Below, in pieces: positions 26,023 through 35,899 of a DNA stretch of 64,000 nucleotides (position 1 is the first letter of the stretch; each line of letters opens with the position of its first letter). The stretch is taken from positions 12 to 64,011 of the forward strand of contig CANPMS010000007.1 of NCBI GenBank assembly GCA_947575275.1, written 5' to 3'. The position numbers and the translations under genes are program-made. The notes beneath the pieces were generated by a model. The model was given only the letters and a program-made list of their open reading frames with translations. It was not told where the DNA came from and searched no databases. Source of the stretch: an uncultured Clostridium sp. GTDB taxonomy: Bacteria; Bacillota; Clostridia; Lachnospirales; Lachnospiraceae.

Positions 26023-28189
26023 TCCCGGTTCCAGGGTCAGTAGGAACCGGGGTTCCGGCAAACGCCGGGTTTTAAAAAGATATATGCAGGAAAAGCTGGC
26101 AGTTACGGTTATCGTAATTACGCTGGCTTTGTTTGCTTTAATTTATGTACTTTACAGTATTGTGACTGTAAATGAGGACAAGTATAATCAGATTGTATTG
26201 TCACAGCAGGAGTATGACAGCCGGGTAATTCTCTACCGGCGCGGGGATATTGTGGATCGAAACGGAACCTATCTGGCTACTACGGAGAAGGTGTACACGC
26301 TGATTATTGATCCAAAGCAGATCATGTCAGAGGAGGAGAAGTATCTGGAAGCCACTGTGTCGGCGCTGGTAAATGTGTTTGGATATGAGGGCGGTGAAAT
26401 CCGTACATTGATTACGGAAAATCCAGGAAGACAGTACGTGCGGTATGCCCGTCAGCTCTCCTATGATCAGAAGCAGGAGTTCGAGGATTATCAGGAGACA
26501 GTCAATAAGGAAAATGCAAAATCGGATTCTAAGGCACGGATAAAAGGAGTGTGGTTTGAAGAAGAATATAAACGGATTTATCCCTATGATACGTTGGCAT
26601 GCAATGTGATTGGTTTTGCTACGAGCGATGGCGGCACAGGAAATGGCGGCATTGAGCAGTCTTATAATGATGATCTGATTGGAACGAATGGGCGGGAGTA
26701 TGGGTATTTAAATGATGACTCCACCCTGGAGCGCGTGATTAAACCTGCCATCAACGGAAATACTGTGGTGTCTACGATTGATGTGAATATCCAGAATGTG
26801 GTGGAAAAGCGGATTGAAGAGTGGCAGTCAGATCCGGGAGCGGATCATGTGGGCGTGGTGGTTATGAATCCCAACAATGGGGAGGTGCTTGCCATGGCCG
26901 ATGGCGGGAGGTTTAACCTGAATAATCCGCGGGAGGTTTCTGAGCGTTATACAAACGAGGAAATCCGCCGGTTTGGGTTGAAAGAGGCGATGGATACTTA
27001 TAATCGTCAGCACAGGGCAACTGATGGCTCCACTATCACAGAAGAACAGGTTACAGCTCATTACACAGAGGAGGAGATTCACTCTTTCGGGCTTCAGGTG
27101 GTGTGGAATCAGGAATGGAGAAATTACTGTATCAGTGACACGTATGAACCGGGATCCCCATCAAAAATCTTTACAGTGGCGGCAGCGATGGAGGAGGGAA
27201 TTATCAGTTCGGAGGATATATTTTACTGTGACGGCTACCAGGAAGTTGGAGACCACAAGATTAAATGTACCGCGTATAATAAGGGAGGGCACCAGAATGT
27301 GAATGTGGCAGAGTCATTGATTGTTTCCTGCAACGATGCAATGATGCAGATTGCCGCAAAGACCGGTGTGACGCGCTTTACAAAATATATGGATATGTTT
27401 GGTTTTGGGAAGAGAACCGGCATTGACCTTCCGGGGGAGGCGGACACCAAGGGGCTTATCTATACTGCCCAGAATATGGGACCTACGGATCTGGCCACCA
27501 GCTCCTTTGGTCAGACTTATAATTGCTCTATGATTCAGATGGCAGCGGCGTATTCCTCTGTTATTAATGGAGGTTCCTATTATGAGCCACATGTGGTAAA
27601 ACAGATTTTAAATGATCAGGGTTCTGTGGTAAAGAAGGTTGAGCCAAAGCTGGTAAGGGAGACTGTGTCAGAATCTACCAGCAATTTTATCTGTAACGCA
27701 CTCCTCAGGACAGTCGACGAGGGAACTGGAAAGGCAGCAGCGGTGGTCGGTTATGATATTGCAGGAAAGACCGGAACCGCTCAGAAGATCCCACGCCATG
27801 AGAAGAACTATGTGGTATCCTTTTGCGGCTTTGCGCCTGCAAATGATCCTCAGGTACTGGTGTATGTGGTTATTGATGTGCCCCATGTGGCAGAACAGGC
27901 TCACAGCTCTTATGCCAGCAGCGTATTCCAGAAAATCATGTCGGATATTCTGCCATACTTGAATGTATTTCCGGCTGTGGACTTTGCGGCGGAGCAGGGT
28001 GGAGCCTTAGAGCAGCTCCCGGCGGAGGAGGGTATTGCAGGAAACGCCGGAATTGTGCCTGAGACTGAGCCTGAGACCGAGGCTGAGACAAGGGTTTATG
28101 AAACGGATGAGTATATTGATTCTCAGGACGAGAGTAATCTGCCTGAGAGGCTTCCGGAGACCTCAGAGGAGGGGAGCGCAGCAGAGTAG
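26000..28189 (+). CDS. Class B penicillin-binding protein (PBP2B/FtsI-like transpeptidase) with an insertion and an acidic tail
   Basis: 729 aa. N-terminal TM helix, dimerisation domain, SxxK as GSPSK, SCN, KTGT. No PASTA domain. Acidic C-terminus PETEPETEAET... Confidence 0.9.
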   Translation: MRTSQKTNPGSRVSRNRGSGKRRVLKRYMQEKLAVTVIVITLALFALIYVLYSIVTVNEDKYNQIVLSQQEYDSRVILYRRGDIVDRNGTYLATTEKVYTLIIDPKQIMSEEEKYLEATVSALVNVFGYEGGEIRTLITENPGRQYVRYARQLSYDQKQEFEDYQETVNKENAKSDSKARIKGVWFEEEYKRIYPYDTLACNVIGFATSDGGTGNGGIEQSYNDDLIGTNGREYGYLNDDSTLERVIKPAINGNTVVSTIDVNIQNVVEKRIEEWQSDPGADHVGVVVMNPNNGEVLAMADGGRFNLNNPREVSERYTNEEIRRFGLKEAMDTYNRQHRATDGSTITEEQVTAHYTEEEIHSFGLQVVWNQEWRNYCISDTYEPGSPSKIFTVAAAMEEGIISSEDIFYCDGYQEVGDHKIKCTAYNKGGHQNVNVAESLIVSCNDAMMQIAAKTGVTRFTKYMDMFGFGKRTGIDLPGEADTKGLIYTAQNMGPTDLATSSFGQTYNCSMIQMAAAYSSVINGGSYYEPHVVKQILNDQGSVVKKVEPKLVRETVSESTSNFICNALLRTVDEGTGKAAAVVGYDIAGKTGTAQKIPRHEKNYVVSFCGFAPANDPQVLVYVVIDVPHVAEQAHSSYASSVFQKIMSDILPYLNVFPAVDFAAEQGGALEQLPAEEGIAGNAGIVPETEPETEAETRVYETDEYIDSQDESNLPERLPETSEEGSAAE

Positions 28190-28246
28190 TTCTATCTGGA
28201 CAAACAGATTCATATAATATCATGACGAGCACTCCGGGAGCCTGCC

Positions 28247-29986
28247 ATGAGTTCTTACCAGACACATCACCGGGAGAAGATCGCCGTCCTGTTTTTTCTG
28301 CTGTGCCTGTGCATGGTTGGACTTATGGGGCGGCTTGTATTTCTTATGCTTTACCGCTCTGAACATTACAGTCAGATGGCAGAGGAACTGCATGAGCGGG
28401 AGCGTTCTATCAAAGCGGCGCGGGGTAATATTGTGGATGCCACCGGGACAGTGATTGCTACTAACCGGACGGTCTGTACCATATCAGTCATCTATAATCA
28501 GGTAAAGGATCGGGAGCAGGTGATTGAGGTGCTGTGCCGTGAGCTGGGTCTCTCTGAGGAGACTGTTCGGAAAAAGGTTGAGAAGCGCAGTTCCCGTGAG
28601 ATTATCCGTACCAATGTAGACAAAGAGACCGGTGATAAAATCCGGAATATTCACCTGGAAGGGGTGAAGGTGGATGAGGATTATAAACGGTACTATCCAT
28701 ATGACACTCTCGCCTCCAAAGTGCTGGGTTTTACCGGCGGCGATAACCAGGGCATTATCGGGCTTGAGGTGGCGTATGAATCTTATTTGAAGGGCATCAA
28801 TGGAACCATACTTACCATGACAGATGCTGCAGGTGTGGAGATTGAAAATGCCTTTGAGGACAGGATAGAGCCAATATCCGGCAATGATTTACATATCAGC
28901 CTTGATGTGAATATCCAGCAGTATGTGGAGCAGGCAGCCTATGAAACCATGGAGAAGAAGGGGGCAAAGCGGGTCTCGATTATTGTGATGAATCCCCAGA
29001 ATGGAGAGATTATGGCGATGGCCAACGTCCCCGAGTTCAACTTAAATGATCCCTTCACCCTGAATATAGAGGAACCGGCCGGGATCACTTCCAAAGAGCA
29101 TCAGGAGCTGCTAAACCAGATGTGGCGTAATCCAGCAATTAACGATACCTATGAGCCCGGATCGACCTTTAAAATCATCACTGCTGCCGCCGGACTGGAA
29201 GCCGGGGCGGTAAAGCTGGAGGATCAATTTTCCTGTCCCGGCTTCCGGATTGTAGAGGACAGAAAAATACGCTGCCATAAAGTGGGGGGACACGGTGGTG
29301 AGAATTTTCTGCAGGGAGTAATGAATTCCTGTAATCCGGTTTTTATTGATGTGGGGCAGCGTCTGGGCGTTGATAATTACTACCACTATTTTGAACAGTT
29401 TGGATTGAAGCAAAAAACCGGTATCGATTTGCCGGGTGAGGCGGGAACCATCATGCACAAGAAGGAAAATATGGGACTGGTGGAGCTGGCTACGGTGTCG
29501 TTTGGTCAGTCCTTTCAGATTACGCCGATCCAGCTTATCACTACGGCAGCGTCCATTGTAAACGGCGGAAACCGGGTGACGCCGCACTTTGGTGTGAAGG
29601 TGGTAAACTCAGAACAGACCACAATCCACCGTTTCTCCTATCCGGTGAAGGAGCAGATCGTGTCACCCCAGACTAGTGAGACCATGCGCTATGTTTTAGA
29701 GCAGGTAGTGGCTGACGGAAGCGGAAAGAGGGCATATCTTCCCGGCTATCGCATTGGCGGGAAGACTGCCACCTCAGAGAAGCTGCCCCGGAGCTTAAAA
29801 AAATATATTTCTTCGTTCATCGGTTTTGCACCTGCTGACAACCCACAGGTCATAGCGCTGATTACCATCGATGAGCCTCAGGGTATTTACTACGGAGGGA
29901 CGATTGCTGCACCTGTGATTGCGGACATTTTTAACAATATTTTGCCGTATCTGGGAATTGAAGAAAACAAGGAAGGAACTTCTTGA
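28247..29986 (+). CDS. Class B penicillin-binding protein (SpoVD/FtsI-like transpeptidase)
   Basis: 579 aa. TM helix, GSTFK (SxxK), SCN, GKTAT (KTG). No PASTA domain. The position matches spoVD in the Bacillus dcw order. Confidence 0.9.
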   Translation: MSSYQTHHREKIAVLFFLLCLCMVGLMGRLVFLMLYRSEHYSQMAEELHERERSIKAARGNIVDATGTVIATNRTVCTISVIYNQVKDREQVIEVLCRELGLSEETVRKKVEKRSSREIIRTNVDKETGDKIRNIHLEGVKVDEDYKRYYPYDTLASKVLGFTGGDNQGIIGLEVAYESYLKGINGTILTMTDAAGVEIENAFEDRIEPISGNDLHISLDVNIQQYVEQAAYETMEKKGAKRVSIIVMNPQNGEIMAMANVPEFNLNDPFTLNIEEPAGITSKEHQELLNQMWRNPAINDTYEPGSTFKIITAAAGLEAGAVKLEDQFSCPGFRIVEDRKIRCHKVGGHGGENFLQGVMNSCNPVFIDVGQRLGVDNYYHYFEQFGLKQKTGIDLPGEAGTIMHKKENMGLVELATVSFGQSFQITPIQLITTAASIVNGGNRVTPHFGVKVVNSEQTTIHRFSYPVKEQIVSPQTSETMRYVLEQVVADGSGKRAYLPGYRIGGKTATSEKLPRSLKKYISSFIGFAPADNPQVIALITIDEPQGIYYGGTIAAPVIADIFNNILPYLGIEENKEGTS

Positions 29987-30092
29987 CGGAAAGACAAGTA
30001 TCGGTTGATTATTCACGCAAAAAGACGTATACTATACGGTATCGGAAGAAAATGAGCGTGAAAAAACGTTACATAAATAATAGGAGCACATC

Positions 30093-31061
30093 ATGATTAA
30101 CGAAACCATACTGGCGATTATCATTGCCTTTGCTATCAGCGCAATCCTCTGCCCGATTGTTATTCCCTTTCTTCACAAGCTGAAGTTTGGGCAGCAGGTA
30201 CGGGGGGACGGACCACAGACGCACTTAAAAAAACAGGGGACACCGACTATGGGCGGTCTGGTAATTCTGACCAGCATCGTTATTACGTCGCTGTTTTATT
30301 TGAATGATTATCCGAAAATCATACCTGTGCTGTTTGTGACTGTGGGCTTTGGTATTATCGGCTTTCTTGACGACTATATCAAGATTGTAATGAAGCGCTC
30401 TGAGGGCTTAAAGCCGTGGCAGAAACTGGCGGGGCAGATTGTAATTACCGGTATTTTTGTCTATTATCTGCTGGAATCCGGCGAGGTGGGGACAGAGGCG
30501 CTGATTCCCTTTACCGGTGGTTTTGATAATGGGTACTTCTTAAACATGGGTATTTTGTTTGCTCCCTTTGTGTTTTTTGTGGTGCTGGGAACTGATAACG
30601 GGGTGAATTTCACCGATGGTCTGGATGGATTGTGCACCAGTGTGACGATTCTGATAGCCACCTTTATGACCATCGTGGCGCTGGGAGAGAAAAGCGGTAT
30701 CAGCCCAATTACCGGTGCGGTGGTGGGGAGCCTTCTTGGATTCCTTCTGTTCAACGTGTATCCGGCTAAGGTGTTTATGGGGGATACCGGCTCTCTGGCT
30801 CTGGGGGGATTTGTAGCTTCCAGCGCATTTATGATGCAGATGCCGTTTTTTATCCCTGTTGTGGGACTGATTTATCTTGTGGAGGTGCTGTCGGTAATCA
30901 TGCAGGTATTGTATTTTAAAATGACAGGCGGAAAGAGAATTTTTCGGATGGCGCCAATCCATCACCATTTTGAGCTGGGCGGCTGGTCGGAGACCAGGGT
31001 TGTGGCAGTATTTTCTATTACTACCGCCATCCTCTGCCTAGTGGCTTACTTAGGATTATGA
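30093..31061 (+). CDS. mraY: Phospho-N-acetylmuramoyl-pentapeptide transferase
   Basis: 322 aa. PTMGG, DDYIKI, NGVNFTDGLDGL, APIHHHFE motifs. Confidence 0.95.
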   Translation: MINETILAIIIAFAISAILCPIVIPFLHKLKFGQQVRGDGPQTHLKKQGTPTMGGLVILTSIVITSLFYLNDYPKIIPVLFVTVGFGIIGFLDDYIKIVMKRSEGLKPWQKLAGQIVITGIFVYYLLESGEVGTEALIPFTGGFDNGYFLNMGILFAPFVFFVVLGTDNGVNFTDGLDGLCTSVTILIATFMTIVALGEKSGISPITGAVVGSLLGFLLFNVYPAKVFMGDTGSLALGGFVASSAFMMQMPFFIPVVGLIYLVEVLSVIMQVLYFKMTGGKRIFRMAPIHHHFELGGWSETRVVAVFSITTAILCLVAYLGL

Positions 31062-31076
31062 TAGGAGGGAAAATAC

Positions 31077-32435
31077 ATGAGCAGTCAGAAAGTGTTGGTG
31101 GCAGGTTCCGGAAAGAGCGGTATCGCCGCTGCAAAGCTTCTCCTGAGAATGGGCGGAGAAGTAGTGCTTTATGATGGGAATGATAAGCTGGATTCAGAAA
31201 GAATCAGAGAAAATTTTGACAGTGACGCCAAGCTGAGTATTCTTTTGGGAGAGCTGACGAGACCGGATCTGCTGGGTGTGGAGCTCTCTATTATAAGCCC
31301 TGGAATCCCCCTGGATGCGCCATTTGTGTCGGTGCTGGATGATGCAAAAATTCCAATATGGAGTGAAATCCAGTTGGCGTACCATGTGGCCAGGGGAAAG
31401 CTCATCGCCATTACAGGAACGAACGGAAAGACCACCACTACCGCTTTGACCGGGGAGATTATGAAGACTTTTTTTGATGAGGTGTTTGTGGTGGGGAACA
31501 TTGGCATCCCCTACACGGAGACAGCCATGGATAGCACGGATGCTTCGGTGACGGTGGCTGAGGTTTCCAGCTTTCAACTGGAGACGATTATGGATTTCCA
31601 TCCTGATGTGAGCGCCATCTTAAACATCACGCCGGATCACTTAAACCGCCATGGGACAATGGAAAACTATATCGAAATCAAGGAGCGGGTGGCAGCAAAT
31701 CAGACAGAGAGTGATTGTCTGGTGTTAAACTACGATGATCCGGTACTCAGAGAATTCGGAGAGGGTGAAGATTTAAAGCCAAAGGTGATTTTCTTCTCCA
31801 GCGCCCAGGCGCTGAAGGAGGGCATGTACTTAGAGGGGGACAACATAATTTATGCACATAACGGGCGCAGGGAGGAGATTCTCAACGTGCGCACGGACAT
31901 ACAGCTTTTGGGCAGACATAACTATGAGAACGTGATGGCGGCAGTCGCCATGAGTATTCGTATGGGTGTGCCCATGGATTGTATCAAAAAGGCTGTGAAG
32001 GGATTTAAGGCAGTGGAGCACCGTATCGAGTTCGTGCTGGAGCGGGCCGGTGTCAAATACTATAATGATTCTAAGGGAACCAATCCGGATGCGGCAATTC
32101 AGGCAATCCGCGCGATGACGGGACCGATTTTGCTGATTGCCGGCGGCTATGATAAGAACAGTGAATATGATGAATGGATTGAGACGTTTGGGAATAAGGT
32201 CAAATATCTGATATTGATTGGCCAGACCCGGGATAAGATTGCCGAGTGTGCGAGAGCCCATGGCTTTACGGAGATCATGTATGCGGAGGATATGGCGGAA
32301 GCGGTGCGCGTCTGTGCGGCTTATGCTAACTTAGGGGATAATGTGCTGCTGTCTCCGGCCTGTGCCAGCTGGGGAATGTTTGATAACTATGAGCAGCGGG
32401 GTGATGTTTTCAAGGAGTGTGTGAGAAGCCTGTAA
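31077..32435 (+). CDS. murD: UDP-N-acetylmuramoylalanine--D-glutamate ligase
   Basis: 452 aa. GSGKSG Rossmann start, ITGTNGKTTT P-loop. Confidence 0.95.
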   Translation: MSSQKVLVAGSGKSGIAAAKLLLRMGGEVVLYDGNDKLDSERIRENFDSDAKLSILLGELTRPDLLGVELSIISPGIPLDAPFVSVLDDAKIPIWSEIQLAYHVARGKLIAITGTNGKTTTTALTGEIMKTFFDEVFVVGNIGIPYTETAMDSTDASVTVAEVSSFQLETIMDFHPDVSAILNITPDHLNRHGTMENYIEIKERVAANQTESDCLVLNYDDPVLREFGEGEDLKPKVIFFSSAQALKEGMYLEGDNIIYAHNGRREEILNVRTDIQLLGRHNYENVMAAVAMSIRMGVPMDCIKKAVKGFKAVEHRIEFVLERAGVKYYNDSKGTNPDAAIQAIRAMTGPILLIAGGYDKNSEYDEWIETFGNKVKYLILIGQTRDKIAECARAHGFTEIMYAEDMAEAVRVCAAYANLGDNVLLSPACASWGMFDNYEQRGDVFKECVRSL

Positions 32436-32445
32436 GGGGGAGTCC

Positions 32446-33579
32446 ATGGAGAAAAAGAACAGACCGAAGCGGTTTTATGATTACAGTCTGCTGTTCTGTA
32501 TTATATTTTTGACGGCATTTGGGCTGGTGATGATTTACAGCGCCAGCTCCTACACGGCCCAGTTGAAATTCGGCGATGCTTCTTATTTTATGATGCGCCA
32601 GCTCTGGATTGCCGCGTCCGGTCTGGTTGCGGCAGTGATTATATCAAAGATGGATTATCACTGGTATGCCAGAGTTGCTATCCTTTCCTATTTACTTTCT
32701 TATGTGCTGATGATTGCAGTGTCTCTAATCGGTGTGGAGGCAAATGGAAAAAAACGGTGGCTGGGCGTGGGTTCTGCCAAGTTCCAGCCCACAGAGTTTG
32801 TAAAAGTTGCGCTGATTATTCTTCTGGCGGCAATCATTACAAAGATGGGGTCGAAAATCAATGAGTGGAGAAATATGGGGTTTATTATGGTGCTGGCGCT
32901 GCCTATCGCCGGTATTGTAGCGGCTAACAATCTGAGTTCCGGCATTATTATTGTGGGAATCGCATTTGTGATGCTGTTTGTGGCATGCAAGAAGCAATGG
33001 CCGTTTTTTGCCTGTGGCGGTCTGGCTGCATTGATATTTTTTGCGGCTGGCCCCTTTTTGAATTTTGTGGAGAAATTCAAGCTTCTGAAACCGTACCAGC
33101 TTGAGCGTATCTATGTGTGGCTCGATCCGGAGGCGTATCGGCTGGAGGGAGGATTCCAGGTGCTTCAGGGGCTGTATGCAATTGGCTCTGGGGGACTGGT
33201 TGGAAAAGGGCTGGGCGAGAGTATCCAGAAGATGGGCTTTGTGCCGGAGGCGCAGAACGATATGATTTTTTCGATTATTTGTGAGGAATTGGGGTTGTTT
33301 GGAGCAGTATCTGTTATCATGATTTTCCTTTTTATGATTTATCGTTTTATGCTGATTGCCAACAATGCGCCGGATTTATTCGGGGCGCTTTTAGTAGTAG
33401 GGGTTATGGCACATATTGCAATCCAGGTAATTCTTAATATTGCGGTTGTGACAAATACCATTCCCAATACGGGAATCACCTTGCCATTTATCAGCTATGG
33501 AGGAACATCGATTTTGTTCCTTATGGTAGAGATGGGGATGGTCTTGAGCGTATCCAATCAGATAAAACTGGAGAAATAG
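32446..33579 (+). CDS. ftsW: SEDS-family peptidoglycan glycosyltransferase FtsW/SpoVE
   Basis: 377 aa, 10-TM type. LPEAQNDMIFSIICEELG and PFISYGGTS signatures. Confidence 0.9.
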   Translation: MEKKNRPKRFYDYSLLFCIIFLTAFGLVMIYSASSYTAQLKFGDASYFMMRQLWIAASGLVAAVIISKMDYHWYARVAILSYLLSYVLMIAVSLIGVEANGKKRWLGVGSAKFQPTEFVKVALIILLAAIITKMGSKINEWRNMGFIMVLALPIAGIVAANNLSSGIIIVGIAFVMLFVACKKQWPFFACGGLAALIFFAAGPFLNFVEKFKLLKPYQLERIYVWLDPEAYRLEGGFQVLQGLYAIGSGGLVGKGLGESIQKMGFVPEAQNDMIFSIICEELGLFGAVSVIMIFLFMIYRFMLIANNAPDLFGALLVVGVMAHIAIQVILNIAVVTNTIPNTGITLPFISYGGTSILFLMVEMGMVLSVSNQIKLEK

Positions 33580-33626
33580 GTGCACCTTTCCCCTTTGCTG
33601 TACATAGGATGAAATAGAGGCAGAAC

Positions 33627-34940
33627 ATGCGGGAGGGAATATGCTTGTCTGTTATTGAAATCCGGGGATTACGGCGCTTGAAAGGAAAAATTAAGATACA
33701 GGGTTCTAAAAATGCGGTGCTGCCTGTGATGGCAGCATCACTTCTTCACAGTGGAACAGTCGAGATAACCAATGTCCCCGAAATACAGGATGTAACCTGT
33801 ATGATGGGGATTTTGGAATCTTTGGGCTGTGTGTGCAGGCTTGAGAAAGGGGATCTCACCATATGCACGGAGCATGCGTTTTCGGAAGAAATTCCGGCTG
33901 GTCCTGCAGGGCAGATGCGTTCCTCCATCATGCTGCTGGGGCCATTGCTGGGAAGGTTTGGCCGGGCGTATACCTGTCAGCCCGGAGGCTGTTCAATCGG
34001 CAGGCGCCCCATCGATCTGCATCTGAAGGGACTTCAGGCGCTGGGGACTGAGATCTCGATGGAAGGAGAGCAGATTCGCGCATACTGCACTGAGCTTTGT
34101 GGTAGTGAGGTGACGCTTCCCTATCCCAGTGTAGGTGCAACGGAGAACGTGATTATGGCGGCAGTTGCCGCAAGGGGGACAACGGTGCTCCATGGAGCCG
34201 CCAGAGAGCCGGAGATTGAGATACTATGCCGGTTTCTGGAATCTATGGGTGCATCCGTCTCGGGTGTTGGAACGTCAAAGATTACCATTGAGGGCAGCAG
34301 AAGCCTTAGGGATACAAGTTTCCGGATACCGGGAGACCGGATTGTGGCGGGAACCTATCTGGGAGCAGTTATGGCTGCCGGTGGAGAGGTGTTTTTAGAA
34401 AAAGCGCCTGTGGCTCATATGCTGGGTGATTTCAAGCTGGCAGAACGTATGGGCGCCAAGCTGACAAATGATAAAGGGGATGGAGTGCTGGTTACCATGG
34501 ATAAGAGACCGGTGGCGGCGGATTTTGTCACGGGGCCTTACCCGGAGTTTTCCACAGATTTACAATCTGTAATGATGGCAGTTGCATCGGTCGCGGAGGG
34601 AGTTTCCCACATCCGTGAAACTGTATTTGAGAATCGATTTTCTACTGCAAAGGAATTGCAGAAATTAGGCGCACATATTATAATAGACGGCAGAACTGCA
34701 CAGGTGGAAGGCATCTGCCGGCTTCTGGGCGGGGACGTTCAGGCTGCAGATCTGAGAGGCGGAGCAGCCCTGGTGGTTGCAGGGCTGGCAGCAGAGCGCG
34801 CCACGAAAGTGCGGGGATATAAATATATCAGACGGGGATACGAGGATATTTGCCGGGATTTGGCAGGTGTTGGAGCTGATATTACTTTGATTGACGGGGA
34901 TGCAGGAAGCATGTCTTTGGTGGAGTGCAGGGAGTATTGA
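33627..34940 (+). CDS. murA: UDP-N-acetylglucosamine 1-carboxyvinyltransferase
   Basis: 437 aa. GSKNAVLPVMAA, active-site Cys context QPGGCSIGRRPIDLH. Occupies the slot where murG usually sits. Confidence 0.9.
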   Translation: MREGICLSVIEIRGLRRLKGKIKIQGSKNAVLPVMAASLLHSGTVEITNVPEIQDVTCMMGILESLGCVCRLEKGDLTICTEHAFSEEIPAGPAGQMRSSIMLLGPLLGRFGRAYTCQPGGCSIGRRPIDLHLKGLQALGTEISMEGEQIRAYCTELCGSEVTLPYPSVGATENVIMAAVAARGTTVLHGAAREPEIEILCRFLESMGASVSGVGTSKITIEGSRSLRDTSFRIPGDRIVAGTYLGAVMAAGGEVFLEKAPVAHMLGDFKLAERMGAKLTNDKGDGVLVTMDKRPVAADFVTGPYPEFSTDLQSVMMAVASVAEGVSHIRETVFENRFSTAKELQKLGAHIIIDGRTAQVEGICRLLGGDVQAADLRGGAALVVAGLAAERATKVRGYKYIRRGYEDICRDLAGVGADITLIDGDAGSMSLVECREY

Positions 34941-34957
34941 AAAGGAACTGAGGAAAT

Positions 34958-35689
34958 ATGCAGGAAACAACGCCCAAAAAAAAGAAAAAGGGATTTGTAA
35001 TAAAGGCACTTGCCGCGTTGCTTCTCGTCATCGTAGTATTGTCCATGAAAATTAAGGATATTACGGTGACGGGAAATAAGCGGTATACGGATGAGCAGAT
35101 GGTTGCGTTTTTGTTCCCTGATAATATGAGCAGGAACACAGGCTTTTGCTATTTGCGGGACAGGTTTGGGGAACATGAGCAGATTCCCTTTGTGGAGGAT
35201 TACAGGCTGGAGTTTCAGGGAATTAACAAGCTGGAAATCATCGTCTACGAAAAGAGCGTGGTAGGTTATGTTTCTTATATGAGCAGTTATATGTATTTTG
35301 ATAAAGATGGTATTATTGTGGAGAGCACAAATCAGGAGATTCCGGGCATACCCCGGATTACAGGACTCAAATTCGGTCATATCGCCCTTTACCAAAAGCT
35401 TCCGGTGGAGAGTGAGCAGATTTTTCAGGAGATTTTAAATCTCACACAGATTCTTTCTATTTTTGAGATGAAGGTGGACAAGATTCAGTATAGCAGCAAT
35501 GGAGATGCAGCCCTGTATATGGGAGACATCAAGGTGATACTGGGAGGCAATGAGAATTTAAACGGAAAAATCGCGGAGCTTAATGATATGCTGCCCCAGC
35601 TGGCTGACCTGAAAGGAACCTTATATCTGGATACTTATGATGAGACCCGTTCCGGCTCTATGTACTCGTTCAAGCCAATGCAGCAATGA
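34958..35689 (+). CDS. ftsQ: Cell division protein FtsQ/DivIB (POTRA domain)
   Basis: 243 aa. Basic N-terminus, TM helix ALAALLLVIVVLS, POTRA start IKDITVTGNKRYTDEQ. Confidence 0.8.
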   Translation: MQETTPKKKKKGFVIKALAALLLVIVVLSMKIKDITVTGNKRYTDEQMVAFLFPDNMSRNTGFCYLRDRFGEHEQIPFVEDYRLEFQGINKLEIIVYEKSVVGYVSYMSSYMYFDKDGIIVESTNQEIPGIPRITGLKFGHIALYQKLPVESEQIFQEILNLTQILSIFEMKVDKIQYSSNGDAALYMGDIKVILGGNENLNGKIAELNDMLPQLADLKGTLYLDTYDETRSGSMYSFKPMQQ

Positions 35690-35788
35690 GTCAGATTGTG
35701 ATGGAAACTGGAAGAGAAGAGGGATTTTTGTATGCAAAAAAATACAATTTAGATTTTTAAATTATGTATAAAATTATGAAATTAGAGG

Positions 35789-35817
35789 TTGATATTTTCT
35801 CAGAAATCACATATAGT
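35789..35817 (+). promoter_or_regulatory. Candidate sigma-A promoter for ftsZ
   Basis: TTGATA (35789-35794), 17-nt spacer, TATAGT (35812-35817). Confidence 0.5.
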
Positions 35818-35899
35818 AATAGTTAGGCTAGTTTTCTATAATGTGTTACAGAAATGTTACAAACAGGAGTTCGATAAGAGTTTAAGGAGGAAAAAAGTC

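Noticed and set aside
28060-28110. Short DNA tandem repeat cctgagac(t/c)gag in the PBP 3' end
   Set aside because: It is just the coding sequence of the acidic PETEPETEAET low-complexity tail, not an independent repeat element.
35789-35899. N-terminal extension of the ftsZ ORF (the track gives 448 aa)
   Set aside because: The extension runs through the AT-rich promoter region. AAGGAGG at 35884-35890 followed by TTG 35900 gives a canonical FtsZ N-terminus.
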